This document shows, piece after piece, positions 48,642 through 58,299 of a stretch of 64,000 bases of DNA. This stretch comes from an uncultured Prevotella sp. (GTDB lineage: Bacteria; Bacteroidota; Bacteroidia; Bacteroidales; Bacteroidaceae): assembly GCA_946415755.1 (NCBI GenBank), contig CAMKTS010000002.1:63703-127702 (forward strand). Direction: 5' to 3'. The translations under genes were made by a program, and so were the position numbers. How positions within the stretch are numbered: the first letter of the stretch is position 1; the number at the start of each line of letters is the position of its first letter. The notes under the pieces were generated by a model. The model had not been told where the DNA came from. It saw nothing but the letters and a program-made list of their open reading frames with translations, and ran no database searches.

Positions 48642-50106
48642 GGCCTGCTTGCTGCTGACGGCCACCATTTTGTTGCTGGCCTGCTCCTCCACCCCCAGAG
48701 ATGTGAGGGACGCTAATTGCTTGCCCGACCTCTATCCCGACTACATAGGTGTTACTATCCCCGTGGATATCGCCCCACTGAACTTCTCAATGAGCGATGA
48801 CGAGGTGGAGACCATCGACGTAGAGGTGAAAGGCTCGAAGGGAGGCACGTTGCATGCCAACGGCAGCTTTGCCGACTTCAGCATCGAAGAGTGGCGTATG
48901 CTTCTGGAAGCCAACAAGGGCGGCAAGCTGACGCTAACGGTATGTGCAGAGAAGAACGGCCGCTGGACGCGCTACAGAAGCTTTGACATCATGGTGAGCA
49001 CTGAACCTATTGGCGAGTGGGGCATCACCTACCGCCGTATTCCCCCCAGCTATGAGATTTATAGCGGAATGGGACTCTACCAGCGCTGTCTCTCCACCTT
49101 TGACGAGACCGCACTGATAGAGAATACCCAGGTGCCGGGTCAGTGCCTTAACTGCCATACTGCCAACCGTACCAATCCCGACCAGTGCGTTTATCATGTG
49201 CGTGGTACGCATGGTGCTACCGTTATTCATCGCAATGGCAAGGACGAACTGCTTGCTGCTAGGAACGACTCGCTGGGAGGGTCGATGGTTTATCCCTACT
49301 GGCACCCCGGAGGCCGCTACTGCGCCTTCTCAACCAATAAGACAGCCCAGATGTTCCATACTGCGGGTAAGAAGCGTATTGAGGTATATGACAGCTCGTC
49401 GGACGTCTTCGTCTACGACACGGAGACGCATACCGTTCTTATCGACACGCTGACCATGAAGCAGCAGTGGGCAGAGAACACCCCTGCCTTCTCGCCTGAC
49501 GGCCGGTGGCTCTACTATACTACTGCGCGTCAGCAGGACTATCCCGATGGTTATGACAAGGAATTGTACAGTCTCTGCCGCGTCAGTTTCGATGACAAGA
49601 CTGGGAGACTTGGGGCGCATGCCGATACACTTGTCAATGCTGTTGTCACTGGCAAGAGCGTCACGTGGCCGCGACCATCCTACGACGGCCGCTACCTGAT
49701 GTACACACAGGTACACTACGGCTATTTCTCTGTCTGGCATCCAGAGGCAGACCTCTGGCTGCTCGATTTGAAAACCGGTGAAACGCGCCCTCTGGACGAG
49801 GTGAACAGCAAGCAGGCTGAGAGCCTGCACAACTGGAGCCGTAATAGTCGTTGGTTCCTTTTCACCAGTCGGCGCGATGATGGCCTCTACACGCGCATCT
49901 ACCTCTCTATGATGGGCACAGACGGACGAGCCACCAAGCCCTTCCTGTTGCCGCAGCGCAATCCCAAAGCGTTCTACCGCCGACTGCTCTATTCATACAA
50001 TACGCCCGACTTTATCTCGCAGCGTATCAATGCCGATGCCCGTCAAATGGGCAGACTTATCGAGAGTGACCAGCGTATGACTAGTACCTTCAGGAAAATG
50101 AGATAA
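48610..50106 (+). CDS. TolB-like beta-propeller lipoprotein
   Basis: Lipobox LLAC; PDYIGVTIP..IAPLNF; CLNCH; PAFSPDGRW; WSRNSRW. Confidence 0.8.
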   Translation: MKRAVIPSSIKACLLLTATILLLACSSTPRDVRDANCLPDLYPDYIGVTIPVDIAPLNFSMSDDEVETIDVEVKGSKGGTLHANGSFADFSIEEWRMLLEANKGGKLTLTVCAEKNGRWTRYRSFDIMVSTEPIGEWGITYRRIPPSYEIYSGMGLYQRCLSTFDETALIENTQVPGQCLNCHTANRTNPDQCVYHVRGTHGATVIHRNGKDELLAARNDSLGGSMVYPYWHPGGRYCAFSTNKTAQMFHTAGKKRIEVYDSSSDVFVYDTETHTVLIDTLTMKQQWAENTPAFSPDGRWLYYTTARQQDYPDGYDKELYSLCRVSFDDKTGRLGAHADTLVNAVVTGKSVTWPRPSYDGRYLMYTQVHYGYFSVWHPEADLWLLDLKTGETRPLDEVNSKQAESLHNWSRNSRWFLFTSRRDDGLYTRIYLSMMGTDGRATKPFLLPQRNPKAFYRRLLYSYNTPDFISQRINADARQMGRLIESDQRMTSTFRKMR

Positions 50107-50135
50107 TGAGTAAATGAGAGAATAATGTACAAAAA

Positions 50136-50162
50136 AGCAAGGAATCATGATGATCCCTTGCT
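50136..50162. terminator. Hairpin terminator between convergent genes
   Basis: agcaaggaatca-tga-tgatcccttgct with a preceding A-run (U-tract on minus). Confidence 0.55.
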
Positions 50163-50183
50163 CAATATGGAGTGTGATAGTGG

Positions 50184-50780
50184 TTAGCGTACAGAGTTTT
50201 TCAGAAGCTCCAGACGGTTGTTGAGTTCAGTCCTGGCCTTGTTGATGGTCTCTTCACCGTTCTCGATGATGTCCTCGTTCTCCTTGGCTATCTTTTTCTT
50301 CTCTTTCTTTGTCATGGTGGTGCTGGCCTGAGCGTCGGCTACAGCCTTCTTGGCGTTGTTCACGTTGTTGACAAACTGGCCGATGGCGGTAGTCTTGTTG
50401 CTTGTGCCATAGCCGCCGTAGATTTCCTGGATCTGGATGTTCTCCAGCTTGAAGGCCACCTTACCCTGCTCAAAGTTTACGGTGATGGTGAAGATCAGGT
50501 TTTCAATGAACTGTCCTGCGAAGGGGTTGTACGAGTTCTTGGTGTTCAGCGTCACGGTGTAGTTGAACATCTCGCCCGGCTTGTCGGCTCCCACTGTCAT
50601 GGCAGCAAAGCCCTGCGAGTTCAGCCAGCCCTTTGCTGCATTGTATGCATCGGCAACACTCTTGCTGGTAGTCACCTCGTCAGTGATGGTGCATGCACCA
50701 TACTCATTGGGTACAAAGTCGTAAGCAGATGCTACTGCTGTTACAGCCATCATGGCAACAATAACTAATAACTTTTTCAT
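50184..50780 (-). CDS. Secreted hypothetical protein (DUF4468-like)
   Basis: Signal peptide MKKLLV...ASA; own -7 box near 50861. Confidence 0.7.
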   Translation of the reverse strand: MKKLLVIVAMMAVTAVASAYDFVPNEYGACTITDEVTTSKSVADAYNAAKGWLNSQGFAAMTVGADKPGEMFNYTVTLNTKNSYNPFAGQFIENLIFTITVNFEQGKVAFKLENIQIQEIYGGYGTSNKTTAIGQFVNNVNNAKKAVADAQASTTMTKKEKKKIAKENEDIIENGEETINKARTELNNRLELLKNSVR

Positions 50781-50927
50781 AAGCTCTTTTTTGTTAAGTT
50801 AGGATTAATAATATGTTTATATAGTTCTTTTTCCTTGCTTGGAAAGCAGGTTTATGCGTGCAAAGATAATGCTTTTTTTCAAATTAGCAATAAAAAATGT
50901 GCATTTTTTTCATATTTCACTTTTCTC

Positions 50928-52148
50928 TCACATTTTCCTGATGACGAGTGCCGAATTGGTGCCTCCGAAACCGAACGAGTTGCTCAGTACGGTGTTGACC
51001 TCTGTGTCGATGGTCTTGGTGGCAAGATTCAGTTTCTCAGAATGTTCATCTGGGTTCTCGAAGTTGATGTTGGGAGCCACGAAGTGGTGCTGCATCATCA
51101 GGATGCTGTAGACAATCTCGCTGGCACCAGCCATCCAGCACTCGTGGCCGGTCATCGACTTGGTGCTGCTGATGAGTGCGCGCTGGCCGTTGAACATGCG
51201 GTTGAGGGCGATGGCTTCGTACATGTCGCCCTGACTCGTGGAGGTAGCGTGGGCGTTGATGTAGTCGATGTCATCCAGCTCGATACCGGCATCCTTGATG
51301 GCGCGCGACATCGCGATGACGCTGCCGTTATCGCTGGGCTCGGAGATGCCGCCGCCGTTGCTGGAGAACCCGTAGCCGATAACCTCGGCCAGGATGGTGG
51401 CTCCGCGTGCTATGGCGTGGTCGTAGTCTTCGAGCACAAGGGCAGCAGCACCGCCGCTGGGAATCAGTCCGTCACGGTCGCGGTCGAAGGGACGGCTGGC
51501 CTTGGTGGGCTCGTCCATGCGGACGGAGAAGGCGTTCAGTGCATCGAACGAGGCCATTGAGTAGTAGTTGGTCTCCTGGGCACCGCCGCAGAGTACCATT
51601 TCCTGCAAGCCTTGTCGGATGAGCATAAAGCCCAGTCCGATGCTGTGGCTACCACTGGCACAGGCGGCACTGATGGTGTAGTTGACACCGCGCAGATGGA
51701 AGATGGTGCTGAGGTTCATGTTCACCGTCGAGTTCATCGACTGGAAGATGAGTCCGTAGCCCAGCATGGCAGAGTCGTGCTTCTCGTCCATGATCTTTGA
51801 TGACTCGATGACGGGCTTGGCCGATGAGTCGTTGCCGAAGATACAGCCCACCTCGTTCTGGCGAAGGTACTCGTCAGTGATACCTGCCTGGCTGAAGGCC
51901 TGGCGGCTGGCCATATAGGCGTATTGGGCCTCTTCCGACATACCGGCACGGGTGTGGCGGTCAAGCATCTGCTTCGTGATGACGGGAGTCTCGACGATAC
52001 CCGTCAGACCGGAACGGTAGCCGTATTCCAGGCGTGCCTTGTCAAGGCCGATACCCGACTTGCCCTGATAGAGTGATTCCTTAACTGTTTCCAAGTCTGT
52101 GCCCAAGCATGACCAGATGCCTGTTCCTGTGATGACAACTCTTTTCAC
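50928..52148 (-). CDS. fabF: 3-oxoacyl-ACP synthase (FabF/FabB-like) of the cluster
   Basis: AACASG, NAHATST, GHEC, NSFGFGG. Confidence 0.9.
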   Translation of the reverse strand: MKRVVITGTGIWSCLGTDLETVKESLYQGKSGIGLDKARLEYGYRSGLTGIVETPVITKQMLDRHTRAGMSEEAQYAYMASRQAFSQAGITDEYLRQNEVGCIFGNDSSAKPVIESSKIMDEKHDSAMLGYGLIFQSMNSTVNMNLSTIFHLRGVNYTISAACASGSHSIGLGFMLIRQGLQEMVLCGGAQETNYYSMASFDALNAFSVRMDEPTKASRPFDRDRDGLIPSGGAAALVLEDYDHAIARGATILAEVIGYGFSSNGGGISEPSDNGSVIAMSRAIKDAGIELDDIDYINAHATSTSQGDMYEAIALNRMFNGQRALISSTKSMTGHECWMAGASEIVYSILMMQHHFVAPNINFENPDEHSEKLNLATKTIDTEVNTVLSNSFGFGGTNSALVIRKM

Positions 52149-52212
52149 TGCGTTATATAATTTGTAATAGGTAATATTTTAATTTTTAATTTTTAATCTT
52201 TAATCTAAAAGA

Positions 52213-52944
52213 TTACGTGTACAGCCCTCCATTGATGTTGATGACTTCACCCGTAATGTAGGCGGCCTCGTCTGAAGCCAGGAAAGCCACCAGTGCAGCC
52301 ACCTCCTCCGGGCGGCCGAAGCGGCCTGCGGGAATCATCTTCTTCAACTCGTCCTGAGGCAGCTCCTTCGTCATATCGGTCTCGATAAAGCCGGGAGCAA
52401 TGGCATTGACGGTAATGCTGCGTGCTGCCACCTCCTGTGCCAGGGCCTTGGTGCTGCCGATGAGGGCAGCCTTTGCTGCACTGTAGTTCGTCTGTCCTGG
52501 AAGTCCCTTGACACCCGACAGCGAGGCCATGTTGATAATCCTTCCTCCGCGCTTGCGGGGCATCATGTGCTTTAGCAGGCGGCGGGTGACGTAGAAGTAG
52601 CCGTTCAGCGTGGTGTCCAGCACCTGATGCCAATCTTCGTCGGACATCATGAACATCACATTGTCGCGACGGATGCCTCCATTGTTGACGAGTACGGAGA
52701 TGTAGTCGTCGGGATGTGCCTGCTCCCACTGATCCAGTGCAGCCTCCGTCTGTTGTGGACTGGCCAGGTCAAAAGGCAGCAGCTCTGCCTGTCCTCCGTT
52801 ACGGGTTATCTCGTCGGCGACGGCCAGTGCGGCCTCTTTGTTCTTAAGATAGTTAATGATGATGGGCATACCCGTCTGGGCGAGTCGCAGGGCAACGGCC
52901 TTGCCGATACCTCTCGAAGCCCCTGTTACCAATGCGTATTTCAT
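52213..52944 (-). CDS. fabG: 3-oxoacyl-ACP reductase
   Basis: TGASRGIG, NNGG, YSAAK, PGFIETDM; -7 box at 53015-53022. Confidence 0.93.
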   Translation of the reverse strand: MKYALVTGASRGIGKAVALRLAQTGMPIIINYLKNKEAALAVADEITRNGGQAELLPFDLASPQQTEAALDQWEQAHPDDYISVLVNNGGIRRDNVMFMMSDEDWHQVLDTTLNGYFYVTRRLLKHMMPRKRGGRIINMASLSGVKGLPGQTNYSAAKAALIGSTKALAQEVAARSITVNAIAPGFIETDMTKELPQDELKKMIPAGRFGRPEEVAALVAFLASDEAAYITGEVININGGLYT

Positions 52945-53075
52945 TGCTGATGTACTCTTGTGGTTTTATAATGTTTGTTGTCTCTGTTTGCTTGTCAGTT
53001 GCCAAAAGCGGCTGCAAAGGTAATGAAAAAATCTGAAATACCGTGAAAAAAAAGAAAAAAAGTGGTCTTGCGATA

Positions 53076-53148
53076 GAAAAGGGGATGCTTTCACAAGCAC
53101 CCCCAACTCTACATTTTTACTAACTTGTTATAACCAAAACTATTTCTG
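53076..53148 (-). ncRNA. Candidate ~75-nt small RNA (sRNA-2)
   Basis: TACTTTTG -7 box at 53153-60 on minus; no ORF; hairpin GGGGTGCTT-GTGA-AAGCATCCCC plus TTTT; shares motifs with sRNA-1. Confidence 0.6.
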
Positions 53149-53306
53149 AGTGCAAAAGTAGGCTATTACTCAAGAATAGAGGTGCAATATTGCGGCAAAA
53201 GGGTGGAGAAAAAGACCAAATGGTGTTTTTGTACTTTTTTCTACCTCTATTTTCTTCCTAATTGTGTAATTTTGCACCTAGAAAGAAACAAAACAATGTG
53301 ATAACT

Positions 53307-54725
53307 ATGAGATTTTTTACTTTTTTGATGGCAGCCTTCTTGTCGCTGCCGATGATGGCCGATGACGCTCCTTTCACTGTGGTTGAGGGACTCTTCGATG
53401 CCGCGTTAAAGGAAACAATGGGTCTTGACAGGGCACCGGGTGCGGAGACTGTTACGGTGTTTGCTGCTGCCGATGACACTGATCATTATTCCAACGGTGT
53501 GGTGATGGCAGCCTTCAAGGGCAATCTCTACTGTATGTGGCAGAGTTCCAAGAAAGACGAGGATGCCCAAGATACGTGGGTGGCTTATGCCCGCAGCACC
53601 GACGGCGGCCAGACATGGAGCGCGCCGATGGTGCTCTGTCCTACCGTCAGCAACGGCTACTGTGCTTCAGGTGGCTGGCTGGCGACGGATGACCGGCTGA
53701 TAGGATATATTAATGTACGCACGAAGGATATTGCCAACAACGGTGGATTTACGCAGTTTGTGGAAAGTACCGATGGAATGACGTGGACAACTCCCGCTGA
53801 CGTGAAGATGGCCGACGGTACTACGCTGAACGGAATTTTCGAGCAGGATCCGCATGTGTTGGCCAGCGGCCGTGTCATCAGTGCCGCCCATTTCCAGCCA
53901 GGGCTGAAATTGTGTCCTGTCTATACAGATGACCCTACAGGGCGTACGGGATGGAAGAAGGGAACGTTTGCCTATACCGACAACGGCAGCCAGTCGGCAG
54001 AGTTGGAACCCAGTTTCTTCGTACAGAACGACGGTACGTTGGTGATGGTCATGCGCGACCAGAAAGGCTCCTACCGGACGCTGGCAGCCACTAGCAAGGA
54101 CAACGGAGAGACATGGACGAAGTCTGTAAAGACCAATATGCCCGACTCCCGTGCCAAGCAGTGTGCCGGCAACCTGCCCGACGGTACCGTGTATTACTGC
54201 AACAATCCCGGCCGTGTCACCAACAGCAGCAATACTACCTGGCGCGTGCCACTGGCCTTGACGCTGAGTGCCGACGGCAAGATTTTCGACCGGTCCTTCT
54301 TGTTGCGCTCCGGAGAGAGTGGGGACTATCCTGCCCGCCGTTACGAGGGTAAGGCCAAGACACTGGGATACAACTATCCGAAGGCTATGGTGCATGACGG
54401 ATGGCTCTACGTGTCGTACGCTACCAACAAGGACGATGCCCAATACACGCGCGTACCTATTAATAATATATCGCTCAATACGGGTATCGCCGCCTTGTCG
54501 GGCGATGGTGCAGAAGTCGTGCTGACGGGTCGTTCGCTGCGCGTCAGTGCCGTTGGACGTGGTATCAAGGTCAGTGTATTCGACCTCTCTGGCACTTGCC
54601 GCTTCAGCGAGGAGACTGCCGACTCGGAGGCTGTCTTTACCCTTGACGGTTGTCCTACAGGTATCTGTCTTGTGCGCATTCAAACCAGTACCGGAACGAT
54701 TACCCGTAAACTGCTTCTTCGCTAA
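53307..54725 (+). CDS. BNR-repeat sialidase-fold secreted protein with T9SS-type C-terminal domain
   Basis: Signal peptide; Asp-boxes STDGGQTW, STDGMTW, SKDNGETW; LEPS; YNYP; tail VFDLSG...GICLVRI...KLLLR. Confidence 0.82.
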   Translation: MRFFTFLMAAFLSLPMMADDAPFTVVEGLFDAALKETMGLDRAPGAETVTVFAAADDTDHYSNGVVMAAFKGNLYCMWQSSKKDEDAQDTWVAYARSTDGGQTWSAPMVLCPTVSNGYCASGGWLATDDRLIGYINVRTKDIANNGGFTQFVESTDGMTWTTPADVKMADGTTLNGIFEQDPHVLASGRVISAAHFQPGLKLCPVYTDDPTGRTGWKKGTFAYTDNGSQSAELEPSFFVQNDGTLVMVMRDQKGSYRTLAATSKDNGETWTKSVKTNMPDSRAKQCAGNLPDGTVYYCNNPGRVTNSSNTTWRVPLALTLSADGKIFDRSFLLRSGESGDYPARRYEGKAKTLGYNYPKAMVHDGWLYVSYATNKDDAQYTRVPINNISLNTGIAALSGDGAEVVLTGRSLRVSAVGRGIKVSVFDLSGTCRFSEETADSEAVFTLDGCPTGICLVRIQTSTGTITRKLLLR

Positions 54726-54750
54726 TCCTCCCACATCCGGATATGAATAA

Positions 54751-54781
54751 AAGAGGCGCATCAGTCAATGGTGCGCCTCTT
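54751..54781. terminator. Bidirectional terminator
   Basis: aagaggcgcatca-gtcaa-tggtgcgcctctt between convergent genes. Confidence 0.75.
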
Positions 54782-54804
54782 CTCGATATAAAACTAATGG
54801 AGTA

Positions 54805-56964
54805 TTAATCCTCTTCCTTCATCTCAGCCTCATGCTGCTTGATCAGCTCCTGTTGGATGTCGTTCGGCACGAGTTCGTAGCTTGAGAAGCTGGTGGTGAA
54901 CGAAGCACGGCCACCGGTCAGCGACGAGAGGGCAATCGAGTAGGAGGCAAGTTCCTTCAGAGGAATTTTGGCACTCAGCTTCTGATAGCCGGCCTCGCTG
55001 TCCATACCCATGATGATGGCGCGGCGACCCTGCAGGTCACTCATCACATCACCCATGTAGTCGCCAGGAACAAGCACCTCCAGGTCGTAGATAGGCTCCA
55101 GCACCTTAGGACCTGCCTCCTTGAAGGCAGCGCTGAAGGCGTTACGGGCAGCCAGCATGAACGACAACTCGTTTGAATCAACGGGGTGCATCTTACCATC
55201 ATATACTATGACGCGCACGTCGCGGGCGTAAGAACCGGTCAGCGGACCCTGCTCCATACGTTCCATGACACCCTTCAGGATAGCGGGCATGAAACGCATA
55301 TCGATAGCACCACCAACGACGCTGTTGATGAAGACCAGCTTGCCGCCCCACTCCAGGTCTTTCTCTTCCTTCGACTTGATGTTCATCTTGAACTCCTGGC
55401 CGTTGATAGTGAAGCTGGTAGGATCGGGCATGCCGTCGGTATAAGGCTCTACAATCAGGTGTACCTCACCGAACTGTCCGGCACCACCCGACTGCTTCTT
55501 ATGACGATAGTCGGCACGGGCCATCTTCGTGATAGTCTCACGATAAGGAATCTTGGGCTCCTGATACTCGACATTGATCTTCTCGTTGTTCTCCATGCGC
55601 CACTTCAAGGTACGCAGGTGGAATTCACCCTGACCATGAACGATAATCTGGCGCAGTTCCTTCGATTGCTCAACCACCCATGTGGGATCTTCCTGGCGCA
55701 TCTTGTTCAGGGCAGCCATCATCTTCTCGGTCTCAGCCTCGTTGACGGCCTTGATGGCACGCGAGAATTTGCTGTTCGGATACTTGATGAAGTCGAACTT
55801 CCAGTCGATATCCTTGCCGTTCAGCGTGTTGCCGGTCTTCACGTCCTTCAGCTTCACGGTGCAGCCGATGTCACCGGCGCGCAGCTCGTCGACCTGAATA
55901 CGGTTGGCGCCTGCACAGGCATACAGCGTACCCATGCGCTCCTTCGAGCCGCGGTCGGCGTTGGTCAGGTCGTCACCACTCTTGATGACACCGCTCATCA
56001 CCTTGAAATAGGACACCTCGCCGATGTGTGGCTCGACACCAGTCTTGAAGAAGTAGAGCGACGTGGGACCACTGGCATCAGCAGGAACCTCCTTACCGGC
56101 AGCATTCTTGATGACGGGCATGTCGCTGACGAAGGGCACCACGTTGCCGAGGAACTCCATCAGACGGCGAACACCCATATCCTTGCCTGCGCAGACGCAG
56201 AACACGGGGAAGATGCTACGGGTGACAAGTCCCTTGCGGATACCCTCACGCATCTCGTCCTCAGAGAGGTCTTCTGTCTCGAAGAACTTCTCCATCAGTG
56301 AGTCGTCACCGGCAGCAGCGGCCTCCACGAGGGCGGCCTTCATCTCCTTGGCCTTATCGAGCTGGTCGGCGGGAATATCCTCAATAATGGGGGCACCACC
56401 CTCTGGTTTCCAACTGTACTTCTTCATCAGCAGCACGTCGATGACGCTGTTGAAGCCGGGGCCTGTGGCGATGGGGTACTGTACGGGCACGCAGTTGTTG
56501 CCGTATACCTCGCGCAGCTGACCCATTATCTGGTCGAAGTCGCAGTTGTCGCGATCCAGCTGGTTCACCAGGAAGATAACGGGCTTCTTCAGCTTCTCCG
56601 TGTTGCGGAAGGCATTCATCGTACCCACCTCAGGGCCGTACTGGCCGTTGACGAGGATGACAGCCTGGTCGGTGACGTTCATGGCGGTGATAGAGCCACC
56701 CACGAAGTCATCACTGCCCGGACAGTCGATGATGTTCAGCTTCTTGTTGTTCCACTCAACATGGAAAACAGTAGAGAACACCGAATAGCCATACTCCTGT
56801 TCCACAGGGAAGTAGTCGCTCATCGTGTTCTTACCCTCTACAGTACCGCGGCGCTTGATGATGCCAGCTTCGTAGACCATTGCTTCGGCAAGAGTCGTCT
56901 TGCCGCTACCCGCACTGCCAATCAGCGCGATGTTTTTGATTTCATTAGTTTGATAAACTTTCAT
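54805..56964 (-). CDS. fusA2: Elongation factor G paralog (Bacteroidetes EF-G2)
   Basis: GSAGSGKTT, DCPGSDDF, NQLD, GQGEFHL, HKKQSGGAGQFG, domain IV insertion; not in an rpsL-rpsG operon. Confidence 0.9.
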   Translation of the reverse strand: MKVYQTNEIKNIALIGSAGSGKTTLAEAMVYEAGIIKRRGTVEGKNTMSDYFPVEQEYGYSVFSTVFHVEWNNKKLNIIDCPGSDDFVGGSITAMNVTDQAVILVNGQYGPEVGTMNAFRNTEKLKKPVIFLVNQLDRDNCDFDQIMGQLREVYGNNCVPVQYPIATGPGFNSVIDVLLMKKYSWKPEGGAPIIEDIPADQLDKAKEMKAALVEAAAAGDDSLMEKFFETEDLSEDEMREGIRKGLVTRSIFPVFCVCAGKDMGVRRLMEFLGNVVPFVSDMPVIKNAAGKEVPADASGPTSLYFFKTGVEPHIGEVSYFKVMSGVIKSGDDLTNADRGSKERMGTLYACAGANRIQVDELRAGDIGCTVKLKDVKTGNTLNGKDIDWKFDFIKYPNSKFSRAIKAVNEAETEKMMAALNKMRQEDPTWVVEQSKELRQIIVHGQGEFHLRTLKWRMENNEKINVEYQEPKIPYRETITKMARADYRHKKQSGGAGQFGEVHLIVEPYTDGMPDPTSFTINGQEFKMNIKSKEEKDLEWGGKLVFINSVVGGAIDMRFMPAILKGVMERMEQGPLTGSYARDVRVIVYDGKMHPVDSNELSFMLAARNAFSAAFKEAGPKVLEPIYDLEVLVPGDYMGDVMSDLQGRRAIIMGMDSEAGYQKLSAKIPLKELASYSIALSSLTGGRASFTTSFSSYELVPNDIQQELIKQHEAEMKEED

Positions 56965-57092
56965 ATTTACTGATATTTTAGGTTTATAATTTGCAGAGTT
57001 TTCACAAAGCGGTCGTAAAAGTAGTCATTTTTGAGCAAAAAACCTACGAAAGCTTTCAAATATTAAATATTATTAGTAATTTCGCGCTCGAA

Positions 57093-58238
57093 ATGGCTGG
57101 TCTGTACATTCATATTCCGTTTTGTAAGAATCGTTGCATCTATTGTGGGTTCTACTCCACCGTAGACTTAGAGCTACGGCAACGATACGTGGATGCGGTA
57201 TGCAGGGAGATGCAGATGAGAAGCCTCCACCAACCGCCTTCCGGCGATGACGAGCGTATAGAAACCGTGTACCTCGGCGGCGGTACCCCCAGTCAACTCA
57301 CCATCCCACAGCTCCGGCAGCTTTTCATATATATAAATAAGGTGTATGACCTCACACGGGGACAGTCCCCCTGTGAGGTGACCGTCGAGGTGAATCCTGA
57401 TGATGTCACGGTTGAGTATGCCGCAGTGCTGCAGGAGCTTGGCATCAACCGCATCTCGATGGGTATACAGACGTTCGATGACCAGCGACTGCGCTTTCTC
57501 CATCGTCGCCACACTGCTGCGCAGGTGCCTGTCGCCATCCATCGGTTAAGGAATGCCGGCATCAGGAATGTCAGTATCGACCTGATGTATGGCTTTCCTG
57601 GTGAGACACTCGATGACTGGCGACGTGACATCGATGCCGCCCTCGCTCTTGACGTAGAGCATCTCTCAGCTTATTGTCTCACCCTCGAAGAGGGAACCCC
57701 GCTTTATGAGCAAATGAGAAATGAGAAATTAGCGATGAGAAATGACAAGGCAGAGGAGCTGGAACGTCAGATGTACGAGTCGCTGATTGACAAGTTGACG
57801 GCTGCAGGCTACGAGCACTATGAGATTAGCAACTTTGCACGCCCAGGCTATCGCTCACGTCATAACAGCAGCTACTGGCACGACATTCCCTATATCGGCT
57901 TGGGAGCTGCCGCCCACAGCTACGACGGTAGCTGCCGCAGCTGGAACGTCAGTGATATCCGCCAATACATCGGGGCCATCGAGAGAGGAAAACTGCCCAG
58001 CGAGTGCGAGGTACATGATGCCGACACCCACTACAACGACCGCATCACTACAGCCCTACGCACCAGCGACGGCCTCGACCTTACTACGCTCTCCGACCGT
58101 TACCGCCGCTATTGCCTGCAAGAGGCCCGCCAGTTCCTTGCTGATGGTCTGCTGCGGCTTGCCGACAACCGTCTCGTCCTCACTCGCAAGGGCCTCTTCG
58201 TCAGCGACATGGTGATGAGTGGGCTGATGTCGGTGTAA
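57093..58238 (+). CDS. hemW: Radical SAM heme chaperone HemW (HemN-like)
   Basis: LYIHIPFCKNRCIYCGF, GGGTPS, YEISNFA, HNSSYW. Confidence 0.92.
   Translation: MAGLYIHIPFCKNRCIYCGFYSTVDLELRQRYVDAVCREMQMRSLHQPPSGDDERIETVYLGGGTPSQLTIPQLRQLFIYINKVYDLTRGQSPCEVTVEVNPDDVTVEYAAVLQELGINRISMGIQTFDDQRLRFLHRRHTAAQVPVAIHRLRNAGIRNVSIDLMYGFPGETLDDWRRDIDAALALDVEHLSAYCLTLEEGTPLYEQMRNEKLAMRNDKAEELERQMYESLIDKLTAAGYEHYEISNFARPGYRSRHNSSYWHDIPYIGLGAAAHSYDGSCRSWNVSDIRQYIGAIERGKLPSECEVHDADTHYNDRITTALRTSDGLDLTTLSDRYRRYCLQEARQFLADGLLRLADNRLVLTRKGLFVSDMVMSGLMSV
57349..57379. repeat. 31-bp palindrome in frame within hemW
   Basis: acctcacacggggac-a-gtccccctgtgaggt (14/15 pairs); encodes LTRGQSPCEV. Confidence 0.7.
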
Positions 58239-58299
58239 GTTGTCCTGATGACAAAATCCCCAGCATAGCGTCTTATTGTATATAATGTACGTAAATACG

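Noticed and set aside
53182-53193. Palindrome tgcaatattgc as an operator
   Set aside because: Short, single occurrence, no adjacent regulator; compatible with chance.
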